A stretch of DNA of 64,000 nucleotides from an uncultured Chloroflexia bacterium (lineage in GTDB: Bacteria > Chloroflexota > Anaerolineae > Anaerolineales > UBA4823), in contig CAVSBZ010000005.1 in the NCBI GenBank assembly GCA_963726315.1, forward strand, positions 1,666,829-1,730,828, in the 5' to 3' direction. A program made the position numbers and the translations under genes. The notes under the pieces were generated by a model. It had not been told where the DNA came from, searched no databases, and worked only from the letters and a program-made list of their open reading frames with translations. Of the stretch, positions 38,317 to 47,656 are shown piece after piece. Each line of letters starts with the position of its first letter. The first letter of the stretch is position 1.

Positions 38317-38748
38317 ATGAAAATTAGTCAGGTTACTATTAGCATTTTATTTATTTGTGCAATTTTAATAACAACTGCACAACCCAGTCGCGCGGAAATT
38401 TTATATCAAGCAACTCAATCAGGTACACCCGGCACTGCCACCCAGTCGTCAACAGGAACATCAGGTACACCTTCCCAAACTTACACGCCTACGATGACAC
38501 CATCCGAAACAGCTACGACGACCCTGATTCCTCTGCCCGAAATAACTCTGATCTTCCCAGTTTCTACGCCCTCACCGACTGCAACGATGACCCTGACACC
38601 TGTGTCACCGGTTGAAACGCCACAGTATTCTGGTGAAAAAGGTCTCAAAGATTTATCCCCAAGATATAAGCTGTTAGCTGTTCTGATTGCGATCTTATGG
38701 TTAATCCTGATTGGTTTCATAATACTCTATATACGACAGTTTCGATAA
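38317..38748 (+). CDS. Small secreted Thr/Ser/Pro-rich protein with a C-terminal membrane anchor
   Basis: Signal peptide (MKISQVTISILFICAILITTAQPSRA), a low-complexity TPS-rich linker, and a C-terminal TM helix (LLAVLIAILWLILIGFIILYI) followed by RQFR. Confidence 0.55.
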   Translation: MKISQVTISILFICAILITTAQPSRAEILYQATQSGTPGTATQSSTGTSGTPSQTYTPTMTPSETATTTLIPLPEITLIFPVSTPSPTATMTLTPVSPVETPQYSGEKGLKDLSPRYKLLAVLIAILWLILIGFIILYIRQFR

Positions 38749-38892
38749 TATTTTTATGATCTTAACTAGGAAATAAATTCTCATCATTGTTTTGGCTATA
38801 GCTCTTCCTCAAATTTCTTATAAATTGCAATATTTTAAACTTCTAACTAAATATACATAAATAAAATAGTTTACTATTGTTATGACGCATCG

Positions 38893-38901
38893 TGTTATAA
38901 T
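38893..38901 (+). promoter_or_regulatory. Candidate extended -10 element (TGtTATAAT) for the phasin-like gene
   Basis: TGTTATAAT lies 48 nt upstream of the ATG at 38949. No good -35. Confidence 0.3.
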
Positions 38902-38948
38902 AATTTACCAAGATGTGTTTAGGAAAATATAATCCCAGGAGATTAGAT

Positions 38949-39317
38949 ATGGACACTAATGCAGAAATAAATAAAGAAAAAGAGAATCCTGAACCGTTTT
39001 CGATGTACGACGTAATGAAAAGATTGATGTTGGCGGGGTTTGGGGCTGTTTCAATTATCCATGAGGAGCTTGAACACCACATCGATAAGTTGGTGGAACG
39101 GGGAGAAATTGCCGAAAAAGACCGTGAAGAAATGATGAAAAAGATGAAAGAACGGCGAGAGAAGTTCATGCACCATCGAAAAGAATTTGCAAACAAACAT
39201 TTCGCCGAAGCCCTGGAACATTTTAACGTACCAGATAAAAGTGACATTGAAAGCCTGAATCAGAAGATTGCCTACTTAGAGAAGAAGATTGACGAATTAA
39301 ATAAAGCCAAGGAGTAA
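38949..39317 (+). CDS. Phasin-like coiled-coil protein (COG3937-type)
   Basis: MKRLMLAGFGAV...LVERGEIAEKDREEMMKKM...SDIESLNQKIAYLEKKIDEL. I chose the ATG at 38949, with AGGAG 7 nt upstream. Confidence 0.55.
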   Translation: MDTNAEINKEKENPEPFSMYDVMKRLMLAGFGAVSIIHEELEHHIDKLVERGEIAEKDREEMMKKMKERREKFMHHRKEFANKHFAEALEHFNVPDKSDIESLNQKIAYLEKKIDELNKAKE

Positions 39318-39372
39318 ACTAAATCTGTTAGGTTCCCAGTTAAATCAAAGATCACTTTGCTTAGAGATCAGT

Positions 39373-39945
39373 ATGCCTATAATTATTAAACGCTATCGAA
39401 ATCGAAAACTGTACAACACTGAATCGAAACGGTACATCACACTTGATGAGATTGAGGAAATCATTAAACACGAACAAGATATCAAGGTGATTGATAATGA
39501 TAGCGGGAGTGATATTACTGCAACAACCTTGTCCCAAATTATCTTTGAGCTGGAGAAAAATCAGACCGGGGTCTTGCCAGTAAACTTGTTATTTAGCCTG
39601 GTCCAATCTGGAGGCAAGCGGATTGAGGAGATTCGGCGAAATATCTTTACTTCCTTGAACTTTGAGCATCATTTTGACGTCGAAATCGAACGACGGATAA
39701 AGTTATTAATTGAAAGCGGAGAAATAAGTGAAGATGATGGACGCCAGCTGCTCAAAAAGATGCTTACCGTCGCTAGTAAACCCGAAAAAATTACAGAAAA
39801 CGTTGAAGGAAAGATCACCGAATTTCTTATAGATAGGGGTATTCCTACCAGAGATGACTTTATCACCCTGATAAATAGAATAGACATCCTATCCAAACAA
39901 GTGGAAGAATTAAATTTGGACTTAGAACCGAAAAAGAAAAGTTGA
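39373..39945 (+). CDS. PhaR-like regulator (PHB/PHA accumulation regulator DNA-binding domain) fused to a phasin-like coiled coil
   Basis: The N-terminus IIKRYRNRKLYNTESKRYITLDEIEEIIK...TATTLSQIIFELE matches the PhaR N-terminal domain pattern. The C-terminal half is paralogous to the preceding gene (ESGEISEDDGRQLLKKML...DDFITLINRIDILSKQVEEL). Confidence 0.7.
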   Translation: MPIIIKRYRNRKLYNTESKRYITLDEIEEIIKHEQDIKVIDNDSGSDITATTLSQIIFELEKNQTGVLPVNLLFSLVQSGGKRIEEIRRNIFTSLNFEHHFDVEIERRIKLLIESGEISEDDGRQLLKKMLTVASKPEKITENVEGKITEFLIDRGIPTRDDFITLINRIDILSKQVEELNLDLEPKKKS

Positions 39946-39952
39946 TAGTTGC

Positions 39953-41014
39953 TTAGATCATTGAGTATCGCTTAAGAGCGCTTTCTAAAATCATATTGAC
40001 TAATTCGGTATGACCGATGCCCTCTCCCGCTGCTTCAATCACTAAGTCAGATATCTCTGGGGCAAGACCGGGGAGTGGATTTATTTCTAAGATATATGGC
40101 TTATAGTCATTATGCTTATCGAGGCGGAAATCCACCCTGGAAACATCTAAGGCACCAGTAACGCGAAAAACAGCTGCAGCCAACCAGTTCAAGTCTTCTT
40201 TTTGATCATCAGTTATGGGAGCCGGGCACAGGTATGTAAGTTGATCGGCGAGATCGACTTTTAAACGATTGCTATAAACGGTATCTGAATCAGTAAAGGG
40301 CGTTAAATCAACCTCCATCGGGGGAAAGAAATGCAGCCCTGCTTGAATCCTTCGGGCGTTCTCATCATCTGGTAGTCGTTGGGCTACTGGACCTAACAAA
40401 TTACCCACAAATCCGACTGTGACCTCTCTCCCTTCGATATATCGTTCTACTAAAGCCGGTTGCTTATATCTATCTAAAATCTCGCATATTTGGTCGCGCA
40501 TCTCGTCTTCGTTATAAACGATCGAGTCCCTCGAGACTCCCATTCCGGTTCCTTCACGACTCGGCTTTACAAACAACGGAAAACGCATTTCTGGAGATAA
40601 AGTTTCGTTAATCCGTTCAAAGGTTTGAAATTCAGGGGTGGGTAAATCATGAAACGCAATTACCCTTTTTGTCATTGGTTTATCAAGCGCAAGCGCAAGC
40701 GTTAGTACTTTCGAGCCAGTGTAAGGGATATTCATCATCTCAAGTAAAGCAGGCACTTGAGCCTCACGCGCATCCCCAAAATGGCTTTCGCAAATATTAA
40801 AACAAATATCAGGTTTAAATTTCGGAAGGGTGTTGAATAATGACAAATCACCCTCAAAGAATTCACAGGTATAGCTCCCGGACCTGATAGCTTCTACCAG
40901 TGCATTTACTGTTTTTTCTGAGTCAAGATCATCCCATTGATCTTCCGCCATACCTTCAAATTTTGGTGCGTTTTGCCTGAGATTTGCTAGTAGTGCGACC
41001 TTTAAATGTTTCAT
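39953..41014 (-). CDS. ATP-grasp enzyme of the D-alanine--D-alanine ligase family (function unclear)
   Basis: Ddl-like layout (ALLEMMNIPYTGS, DKPMTKRV, FVKPSREGTGMGV, EINPLPGL). I chose the ATG at 41014 with AAGGAG upstream. Confidence 0.7.
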   Translation of the reverse strand: MKHLKVALLANLRQNAPKFEGMAEDQWDDLDSEKTVNALVEAIRSGSYTCEFFEGDLSLFNTLPKFKPDICFNICESHFGDAREAQVPALLEMMNIPYTGSKVLTLALALDKPMTKRVIAFHDLPTPEFQTFERINETLSPEMRFPLFVKPSREGTGMGVSRDSIVYNEDEMRDQICEILDRYKQPALVERYIEGREVTVGFVGNLLGPVAQRLPDDENARRIQAGLHFFPPMEVDLTPFTDSDTVYSNRLKVDLADQLTYLCPAPITDDQKEDLNWLAAAVFRVTGALDVSRVDFRLDKHNDYKPYILEINPLPGLAPEISDLVIEAAGEGIGHTELVNMILESALKRYSMI

Positions 41015-41170
41015 GCTTCTCCTTATTTTAGATGTCATAAGATACAACTAATATGGCATCGTGTCAAGAATATTAACCACTAATTCCAGTTTAGTTTTCT
41101 AGATAGGGTAAAATTAGTTGTAATCTATTGTTATTGATGAATTAAATACGATTTTCAAGATGAGGTCCTA

Positions 41171-41680
41171 ATGGAATTTAATGAACTGATCGTGAAACGC
41201 TACTCTGTTCGATCATATAAAGCCGATCCAATCGATGATGACAGGTTATTCAAGGTTCTAGATGCTGCTCGCCTGGCACCGACTGCGAGCAATAGGCAGC
41301 CTTTTCAGGTTATTGTGGTCCACACAAGTGGTCGAGAAGAGGAGTTACTTTCCATATATCAAAGAGAATGGTTCGTTCAAGCACCGATAATCTTGTGTGT
41401 ATGTGGGTTTCCATCTACAGCATGGGTGAGAACAGATGGCAAGCAGTATCTAGGCGTGGATATTGCCATTGTGATGGACCACATGGTGCTGGCTGCTACC
41501 GATCTAGGGCTAGGTACTTGCTTTATTGCAGCTTTTGATGAAGGAAACGCCCGTAAAGTGTTATCCTTACCCGATGAGGTGGAACCGATATTATTTACCC
41601 CGTTAGGCTATCCAGCCGGTGTACCTGGAATAAAAAAACGTAAAAACCTGGAAGAGCTGGTCAGGTATGAGCGTTGGTAG
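41171..41680 (+). CDS. Nitroreductase family protein
   Basis: RYSVRSY...LDAARLAPTASNRQPF near the N-terminus; 169 aa. Confidence 0.85.
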   Translation: MEFNELIVKRYSVRSYKADPIDDDRLFKVLDAARLAPTASNRQPFQVIVVHTSGREEELLSIYQREWFVQAPIILCVCGFPSTAWVRTDGKQYLGVDIAIVMDHMVLAATDLGLGTCFIAAFDEGNARKVLSLPDEVEPILFTPLGYPAGVPGIKKRKNLEELVRYERW

Positions 41681-41686
41681 AGAGGT

Positions 41687-41917
41687 TTAATTATTGTTGC
41701 AGGATGAACAGGAACCGCTTGAACATCCAGAACAACCGTTGGAATTACTACCAGCAATTATCTGCGAACCGCTCTGCGCAAAAAAGACTGACAAAGCCCG
41801 CTTGGTATGGCTGCTTTGGCAGGATTTACAATTGATATGCGCATCTGCATCCTTGATCGATCGAAGCGTTTCAAAACGAGCCCCACATTCTTTGCAAATA
41901 TATTCGTAAATTGGCAT
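41687..41917 (-). CDS. FmdB/CxxC_CxxC_SSSS family zinc-ribbon protein
   Basis: MPIYEYICKECGARFE...CKSCQS, with a Gly/Ser/Cys-rich tail. Confidence 0.8.
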   Translation of the reverse strand: MPIYEYICKECGARFETLRSIKDADAHINCKSCQSSHTKRALSVFFAQSGSQIIAGSNSNGCSGCSSGSCSSCNNN

Positions 41918-41994
41918 GAAAACTCCTGATTATCAGCTTTAAACAATTTTAATCCTTCTGGGTAGACTGGTCAATGTAATCTGATGAGGAGTAA

Positions 41995-42717
41995 ATGAGA
42001 ACTAATCCAGATTTTGTGGTGTTGATATCCGCTGATGTAGAATGGCGTTGTCTGCTAAAATACTTCCCATTTAGTAGCAGTAATAACTCACCATATGGAA
42101 ACTGGTTCTACCACAAATATATCGAAATCCCTGAGTTAAAGAAACCTGTAGTTTTCATTCATGGAGGTTGGGGAAAGGTTGCTTCTGCTGGCGCGACTCA
42201 ATTTGCAATCAGTCGTTGGCACCCCAAAATGTTGATTAATATTGGCACCTGCGGTGGTATAAAAGGTGAAATCGACTTAGGGGACATTATTTTGGTGGAA
42301 AAAACACTGATCTATGACATTATTGAGCAAATGGGTGACCCCGATGAACACATAAAATTTTATGAAACCAAAATCGATAATTCATGGATAATGGAACCTC
42401 TTCCCTTGGATGTAATCCACGCATTGTTAGTATCTGGTGATCGCGACCTGGTATGTGATGAAGTCCCTGCTTTGAAGTCCAAGTATTCGGCGATCGCTGG
42501 TGATTGGGAATCTGGTGCAATTGCCTGGGTTGCGACTATAAACCGAACGCAGTGTTTAATCTTACGGGGAGTTACCGATCTGGTCAGTGACCTAAATGGT
42601 GATGCATACAATGGAAGAATTGGATATTTCTACGAAAATACAGAGCTGATCATGAAAAAGTTAATTAGTTCTTTACCGGGATGGCTTGTGAAGTTCGTAG
42701 AGCATTATTCATATTAA
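41995..42717 (+). CDS. Nucleoside phosphorylase superfamily protein (MTA/SAH nucleosidase-like)
   Basis: GGWGKVASAGATQFAISRW...NIGTCGG and a C-terminal GVTDLV pattern typical of PNP_UDP_1 enzymes. Confidence 0.6.
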   Translation: MRTNPDFVVLISADVEWRCLLKYFPFSSSNNSPYGNWFYHKYIEIPELKKPVVFIHGGWGKVASAGATQFAISRWHPKMLINIGTCGGIKGEIDLGDIILVEKTLIYDIIEQMGDPDEHIKFYETKIDNSWIMEPLPLDVIHALLVSGDRDLVCDEVPALKSKYSAIAGDWESGAIAWVATINRTQCLILRGVTDLVSDLNGDAYNGRIGYFYENTELIMKKLISSLPGWLVKFVEHYSY

Positions 42718-43421
42718 AACAGAAAATATCCGAGAATTACTGCAGATAAAGTAACCGTGATGTTGTCGATATCTTTTAACGGTAATGATTCCACCAATGT
42801 TGCAACAACGGCAATGATGGAAATGGGGAGAAGATAATTCTGGACGGGAGAAGAGAAAACCCCTGCAAAAGTAAATATCCACAGTATTAGAAGCGAGAAT
42901 ATCCATCCTCCCAATAACATGCCGAAAGAGCCTGCCAAGGACTTTCCTTTATTCCATGGAATCCTGACGGTCCCCCATTTACGACCAAAGATATCTGCCA
43001 GGCCATCACCACCACACATGAGCATCAGGGCAACGATACCAATTGGCGAAGATTTCCAATAGATAACGGTCAGAATAACAAAGATGATGCCGTAATAAAG
43101 GGGTCCCCGTAAAATCTCTCGACGATCACCACTCCTCGACATAGCTTTAACAGATGCTTGGTCATGGATAACACCAATGCCAATTAATAAAAATTGAAGT
43201 GTGAAAGCCAAGGGTACTAATGCCGCTAGATACTTATTGATCGTAGAGTCGTTGAATAATAGCCAACATAACACAAAGAGGGGACCTGTGCCGATATGGA
43301 TGATCTTTCGGCTGAGATGACTCTCCACCCATCCACGCTGTGCCATGAAATCGTTAATCCGAAGCCAGGCGAGGGCAACGATGAAGGTAATGGTCAAAGC
43401 AATGAGGTTACTTGAAAGCAT
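42714..43421 (-). CDS. Polyprenol/phytol kinase-like membrane protein (CTP-dependent kinase family)
   Basis: Multi-TM protein with SRKIIHIGTGPLF, CGGDGLADIFGRKWG and KSLAGS motifs, as in phytol/dolichol kinases. Confidence 0.6.
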   Translation of the reverse strand: MLSSNLIALTITFIVALAWLRINDFMAQRGWVESHLSRKIIHIGTGPLFVLCWLLFNDSTINKYLAALVPLAFTLQFLLIGIGVIHDQASVKAMSRSGDRREILRGPLYYGIIFVILTVIYWKSSPIGIVALMLMCGGDGLADIFGRKWGTVRIPWNKGKSLAGSFGMLLGGWIFSLLILWIFTFAGVFSSPVQNYLLPISIIAVVATLVESLPLKDIDNITVTLSAVILGYFLF

Positions 43422-43465
43422 GGACTTACCCTCAATTGGAATATTTTTATTTATTGAATGAGTAC

Positions 43466-43918
43466 TTAATCGCGACTGTGCATTTGGCGTTCAATCTCAC
43501 GCTGAGTGTCTTTTTTCGCAATTTCAGCACGCTTATCGTATAACTTTTTCCCCTTTGCGACCGCAATTTCAACCTTGGCTCTACCGTCTTTTAGGTACAC
43601 AGAGAGGGGGATTACTGTAACCCCTTTTTGACGGACCGTATTCCACAATTTGTGAATTTCGGAGCTGTGAAGTAAAAGTTTCCGCGGACGGAGTGGTTCG
43701 TGGTTGTTGATGCTTGCCTGTACATATGGCGCAATATGAGCGTCTTCCAACCAGGCTTCCTTTCCATCAATGCGTACATATGCCTCTGCCAGACTGATTT
43801 GGCCTGCCCGGATGGATTTTATTTCGCTTCCATGAAGTGCTATCCCTGCTTCAAATGTCTCTAAAATGAAGTATTCATGGCGTGCCCGGCGGTTACGTGC
43901 GACTACTTTTTCTCCCAT
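43466..43918 (-). CDS. smpB: SsrA-binding protein SmpB
   Basis: NRRARHEYFILETFEAGIALHGSEIKS...RPRKLLLH...IPLSVYL...AKVEIAVAKGKKLYDKR. Confidence 0.95.
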   Translation of the reverse strand: MGEKVVARNRRARHEYFILETFEAGIALHGSEIKSIRAGQISLAEAYVRIDGKEAWLEDAHIAPYVQASINNHEPLRPRKLLLHSSEIHKLWNTVRQKGVTVIPLSVYLKDGRAKVEIAVAKGKKLYDKRAEIAKKDTQREIERQMHSRD

Positions 43919-44019
43919 GGATTAATTCTATCATAACGAAATACTTGGAGTAATTTATAATGTCTTGATATTGGTCAACGAGGATACACTGCAAGCAACC
44001 AGTAATCTTCTGGTGCTTA

Positions 44020-45249
44020 TTATTTGATATATTTTTCTAAATGATTGATCAACTTTTCAGCCAATTCAGAACGAGAATAGTTCTGCTTTGTATAATTCAA
44101 CCCATTTTCTCCCATCACCAACCTTTCTTTTGCTGAGTCTCGTAATCCGATCAAGGCGTCAGCCATTTTGGCTGGATCTTCAGGTGGAATAAATAACCCG
44201 CCATTCACGCTTTCCACGACTGAACGAGCTTCGCCATCGATGCTTAATAAGATCGGTCTGGCGCACGCCCAGGCGTCAAAAATTTTTGATGGTAAAGCGC
44301 CTTTGAAGATATCTGCTTTTTTTAAAGGGATGAGAGCAACATCCGACGCAGAAAGATAATCTGGGATTTGCTCACGTGGTTTTTCTGGCATCATTGTAAG
44401 GTTGGGCAGGTTGTATGCATTAGCCAGGGTAAGCAATTCAGCTTTCTTGGGACCATCACCGATCAGTAGGATATGGATATCCGGGTTTTTTTGTAGTAAG
44501 CTAGCTGCCTCTAAGATTGTTTCCAACCCTTGTGCCAGGCCATGGATACCAGCATAAATGGCGACAAATTTGTTATCAAGCCCCAAATCATGGCGAATGC
44601 GTTCCCGTCCTCGTGGATTATAGCTAAACAGGTCAATATTGGCGCCATTAGGGAGGAAATATAATTTGCTTGTATGTATCCCGCGTTGAACCAGTCGATC
44701 ATATATTCCGTGCGTGACGACTACAACCTGGATGGCTTTACGATAACACGCTTCTTCAAGCCGGGTCGCTAAAGCAATTGCCTTTCGATTGGATAGCTCT
44801 CCAAGAGCGACAGCTGATTCAGGCCATAAATCACGGACTTCAAAGACCATGGGAATGCGCTTTACCGTACTCAGCAGCAATGCAGCTCCACCCACGAATA
44901 GTGGGGGAGAAGACGCATATAAAAGATCATATTTTCCCTGAGCCATTAATATGCCGGCAATAATGGCATTTATCATATAAGTAATATAAAAAAGCATTCG
45001 GTTTCGAAAGTTTTTTATCGGAGAGGCTTTTACCCAAACCCGGATTACCTCAATTCCTTCCAGGTTACTGCGCTCGAAGAATTTTCCTTTATAAGACGGT
45101 GGGATGATCCCAGAAGGATGGTTTGGGAATTCGGTCAAGATCGTTACCCTGTGACCAAGCTGAACCCAGGCCTTTGCCATCTCATACGCCCTTGTCTGCG
45201 TCGCACCCGCTTCAGGTGGAAAGTATTGGGAAAGATATAATATGCGCAT
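44020..45249 (-). CDS. Glycosyltransferase family 4 (WcaI-like)
   Basis: MRILYLSQYFPPE N-terminus; C-terminal GT-B EX7E-type region. I chose the ATG at 45249, 4 nt after the upstream gene's stop. Confidence 0.8.
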   Translation of the reverse strand: MRILYLSQYFPPEAGATQTRAYEMAKAWVQLGHRVTILTEFPNHPSGIIPPSYKGKFFERSNLEGIEVIRVWVKASPIKNFRNRMLFYITYMINAIIAGILMAQGKYDLLYASSPPLFVGGAALLLSTVKRIPMVFEVRDLWPESAVALGELSNRKAIALATRLEEACYRKAIQVVVVTHGIYDRLVQRGIHTSKLYFLPNGANIDLFSYNPRGRERIRHDLGLDNKFVAIYAGIHGLAQGLETILEAASLLQKNPDIHILLIGDGPKKAELLTLANAYNLPNLTMMPEKPREQIPDYLSASDVALIPLKKADIFKGALPSKIFDAWACARPILLSIDGEARSVVESVNGGLFIPPEDPAKMADALIGLRDSAKERLVMGENGLNYTKQNYSRSELAEKLINHLEKYIK

Positions 45250-45253
45250 AGCC

Positions 45254-46396
45254 TTATACTTTCCCGGAAAGAAGCCCTTCATAGAGTGCTAATAGTTTAT
45301 TTTCTTCTTCGGACCAATGATAATGCTTCATTACGGAGCTCCGGGAATTTTGACCGATGAAAGCAGCGAAGATCGGATCGGTTATCAGCTCGATGATCGC
45401 ATTAGCATGGGCGGAGGGATCATCGGCTTTTACCAAAAGACCATTATTTCTATTTTCGATGAACTGTCGAATAGAATCAAGGTCACTAGAGACGATTGGG
45501 ATTGAATAAGACATATATTCGAATAGTTTGGTCGGTATGTTTTTCTGATATTTTGGAACGGGTGGAAATGGGATCCAACCGATTGTTGCTTGCGCAAGGT
45601 ACGTTCCCACCTGATCAAAAGGAACCGTGCCGATAATTCGGACCGATCCACTCATCAGTTTACGTTCAATCTCAGAGCGAAGTTCCTTTTCCAAACTTAA
45701 AGGTGCAAATGGACCAACCAATAATAGCTGCGCTTGTGGAATCGTTTCTAAAACTTGTTTAAATGCTTCTAACATCAGAGCTGTGCCACGATTACGTTTA
45801 ATACCGCCAAGATAAAGAACGATTGGTTGGTTGGAATCAAGCCTTTGTTCTCTTCGGGATGCAGAATCTATAAATGAATTCAAGGGAAAGTTGAACAAGG
45901 TGGTCTTTGGATGGTTTATCCACTTGAACGATTCAGCAATCCGATCATCTGCAAAGATCAAACCGGTTTGAAGATAGGCAAAGCCTGGTTCGAGCCAACG
46001 GAATACCCAAGCCAGGAAAACTCGCCACCAATGTGGAAGATCATCCTTGAGCTCAATAAAATCAGCAACGGACTCGTGAATATCATATATGATTGGACGT
46101 CTCGTGAGAAGACGCAATAATGGAGTGATGAATAGGAGCTCTGGGTCATGAATGTGGTATATATCTGCTTTGGTTGTAATTGCCTTTTTTAAAACATTCA
46201 TCCAGAGTAACGGACGCTGGCTGCGCTTAAGGCGTTTCAAGCCTAATATATTAATCCCCTGTAGAGTTTCGTTTTTATCGTGAACGGCGATTAGAGTGAC
46301 TTCGTATCCAGCATTTCTTAAACTACATGCTTCGCGGTAGAAAATCCGATTATCCAATACAATATGGACGGTTGAGATGATACAGACTTTATACAT
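45254..46396 (-). CDS. Glycosyltransferase family 4
   Basis: 380 aa with a GT-B fold pattern (IHDPELLF..., PTKLFEYMSYSIPIVSSD). Confidence 0.75.
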   Translation of the reverse strand: MYKVCIISTVHIVLDNRIFYREACSLRNAGYEVTLIAVHDKNETLQGINILGLKRLKRSQRPLLWMNVLKKAITTKADIYHIHDPELLFITPLLRLLTRRPIIYDIHESVADFIELKDDLPHWWRVFLAWVFRWLEPGFAYLQTGLIFADDRIAESFKWINHPKTTLFNFPLNSFIDSASRREQRLDSNQPIVLYLGGIKRNRGTALMLEAFKQVLETIPQAQLLLVGPFAPLSLEKELRSEIERKLMSGSVRIIGTVPFDQVGTYLAQATIGWIPFPPVPKYQKNIPTKLFEYMSYSIPIVSSDLDSIRQFIENRNNGLLVKADDPSAHANAIIELITDPIFAAFIGQNSRSSVMKHYHWSEEENKLLALYEGLLSGKV

Positions 46397-46591
46397 GCTG
46401 CGGCACGTAGTAAATTATCCCATTATTTCGTACTATCATTTTGAAAGGAGAGAACATCTTATGATGAGGGATAGTGGTTTCACTTTTTATGATTTTAGTA
46501 AATCTACGCTACAGATCTTCTGGATATATGCAGCAGTGATCCAATGTTGAGTGCCGAGATGATTCGACAATTCCCAATTATTTGATAAATA

Positions 46592-47653
46592 TTATTTCGA
46601 CTCAAGAATGCTAACAATTTTCTCACTCGCATGACCGTCACCAAAATAATCAGGGTGATCCAAATTTGCTTGAAAAGGGGTTTGAAGTGCTGAACTAATC
46701 ATGGCTGGATCCGTCCCAACAAGCATATTCCAGCCACTGGCGGTGGTTTCAACCCATTCAGTCTCTGGGCGTAAGGTAAGGCAATGAACTTTAAAGAAAT
46801 AAGCTTCTTTTTGTATCCCCCCCGAATCGGTCAAAATCGTCCTGGCATTCTGTTCCAGGATGAGCATATCCAGGTATCCTACCGGATCAATTGCTCGAAC
46901 ATTCACTGGAATAGTGATATTTGAAGCTTTTATAGACTGTAAGGTTCGGGGGTGGATCGGGAAGATAATCGTTTCAGCGCATTGTTGGAAAGCTGATAGG
47001 ATAGATTCGAGCAAATGAGGATTATCGGTATTGTAGGCTCGATGGATGGTAGCGAGTAAGAATTTTTTTGGTTCCAAGCCCAATGAATCCAATATGGTGG
47101 AATACTTAGAAGCAATCTCGCTAAATTGTAGGACTGCATCGTACATTGTGTCTCCAACCAGGTAGACCCCGTTACGAATCCCTTCATGAGCCACGTTATC
47201 CACTCCGGTTTGGGTTGGGCAAAATAATAAATCAGAGCAATGATCTGTTAGAACACGGTTATGTTCTTCCGGCATCTGGCGGTTGTAAGATCTCAAACCG
47301 GCTTCAACATGACCTAACTTTATTTGCAGCTTGATTGCTGCCAGGGCACCCGCTAATGTGGAATTTGTATCACCGTATACCAAAACAATGTCTGGTTTTG
47401 TAGAGAGCAAAACCGTCTCGATACCGGTCAGCATCTGGCTCGTTTGCTGCGCATGAGTACCGGAACCAATGTTCAAGTTGATGTAAGGTTCCTGAATCCC
47501 CATTTCTTCAAAAAAAATCTTAGACATACCATAGTCATAATGCTGACCAGTATGAACGAGATACTCGTTATGACCTGCTCTCGCAATGGCTTTACTCACC
47601 GGAGCTGACTTAATGAATTGGGGACGGGCACCTACCACGGTGGTAATTCTCAT
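46592..47653 (-). CDS. UDP-N-acetylglucosamine-type 2-epimerase (WecB/WbpI family, non-hydrolysing)
   Basis: RITTVVGARPQFIK...HTGQHYD...VLVYGDTNSTLAG...HVEAGLRS...DSGGIQKEA. Confidence 0.9.
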   Translation of the reverse strand: MRITTVVGARPQFIKSAPVSKAIARAGHNEYLVHTGQHYDYGMSKIFFEEMGIQEPYINLNIGSGTHAQQTSQMLTGIETVLLSTKPDIVLVYGDTNSTLAGALAAIKLQIKLGHVEAGLRSYNRQMPEEHNRVLTDHCSDLLFCPTQTGVDNVAHEGIRNGVYLVGDTMYDAVLQFSEIASKYSTILDSLGLEPKKFLLATIHRAYNTDNPHLLESILSAFQQCAETIIFPIHPRTLQSIKASNITIPVNVRAIDPVGYLDMLILEQNARTILTDSGGIQKEAYFFKVHCLTLRPETEWVETTASGWNMLVGTDPAMISSALQTPFQANLDHPDYFGDGHASEKIVSILESK

Positions 47654-47656
47654 ACT

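Noticed and set aside
43422-44019. tmRNA (ssrA) next to smpB
   Set aside because: The flanking intergenic spaces are only 44 and 101 nt, far too short for a ~350-nt tmRNA, and no tRNA-Ala-like acceptor/T-arm is visible.
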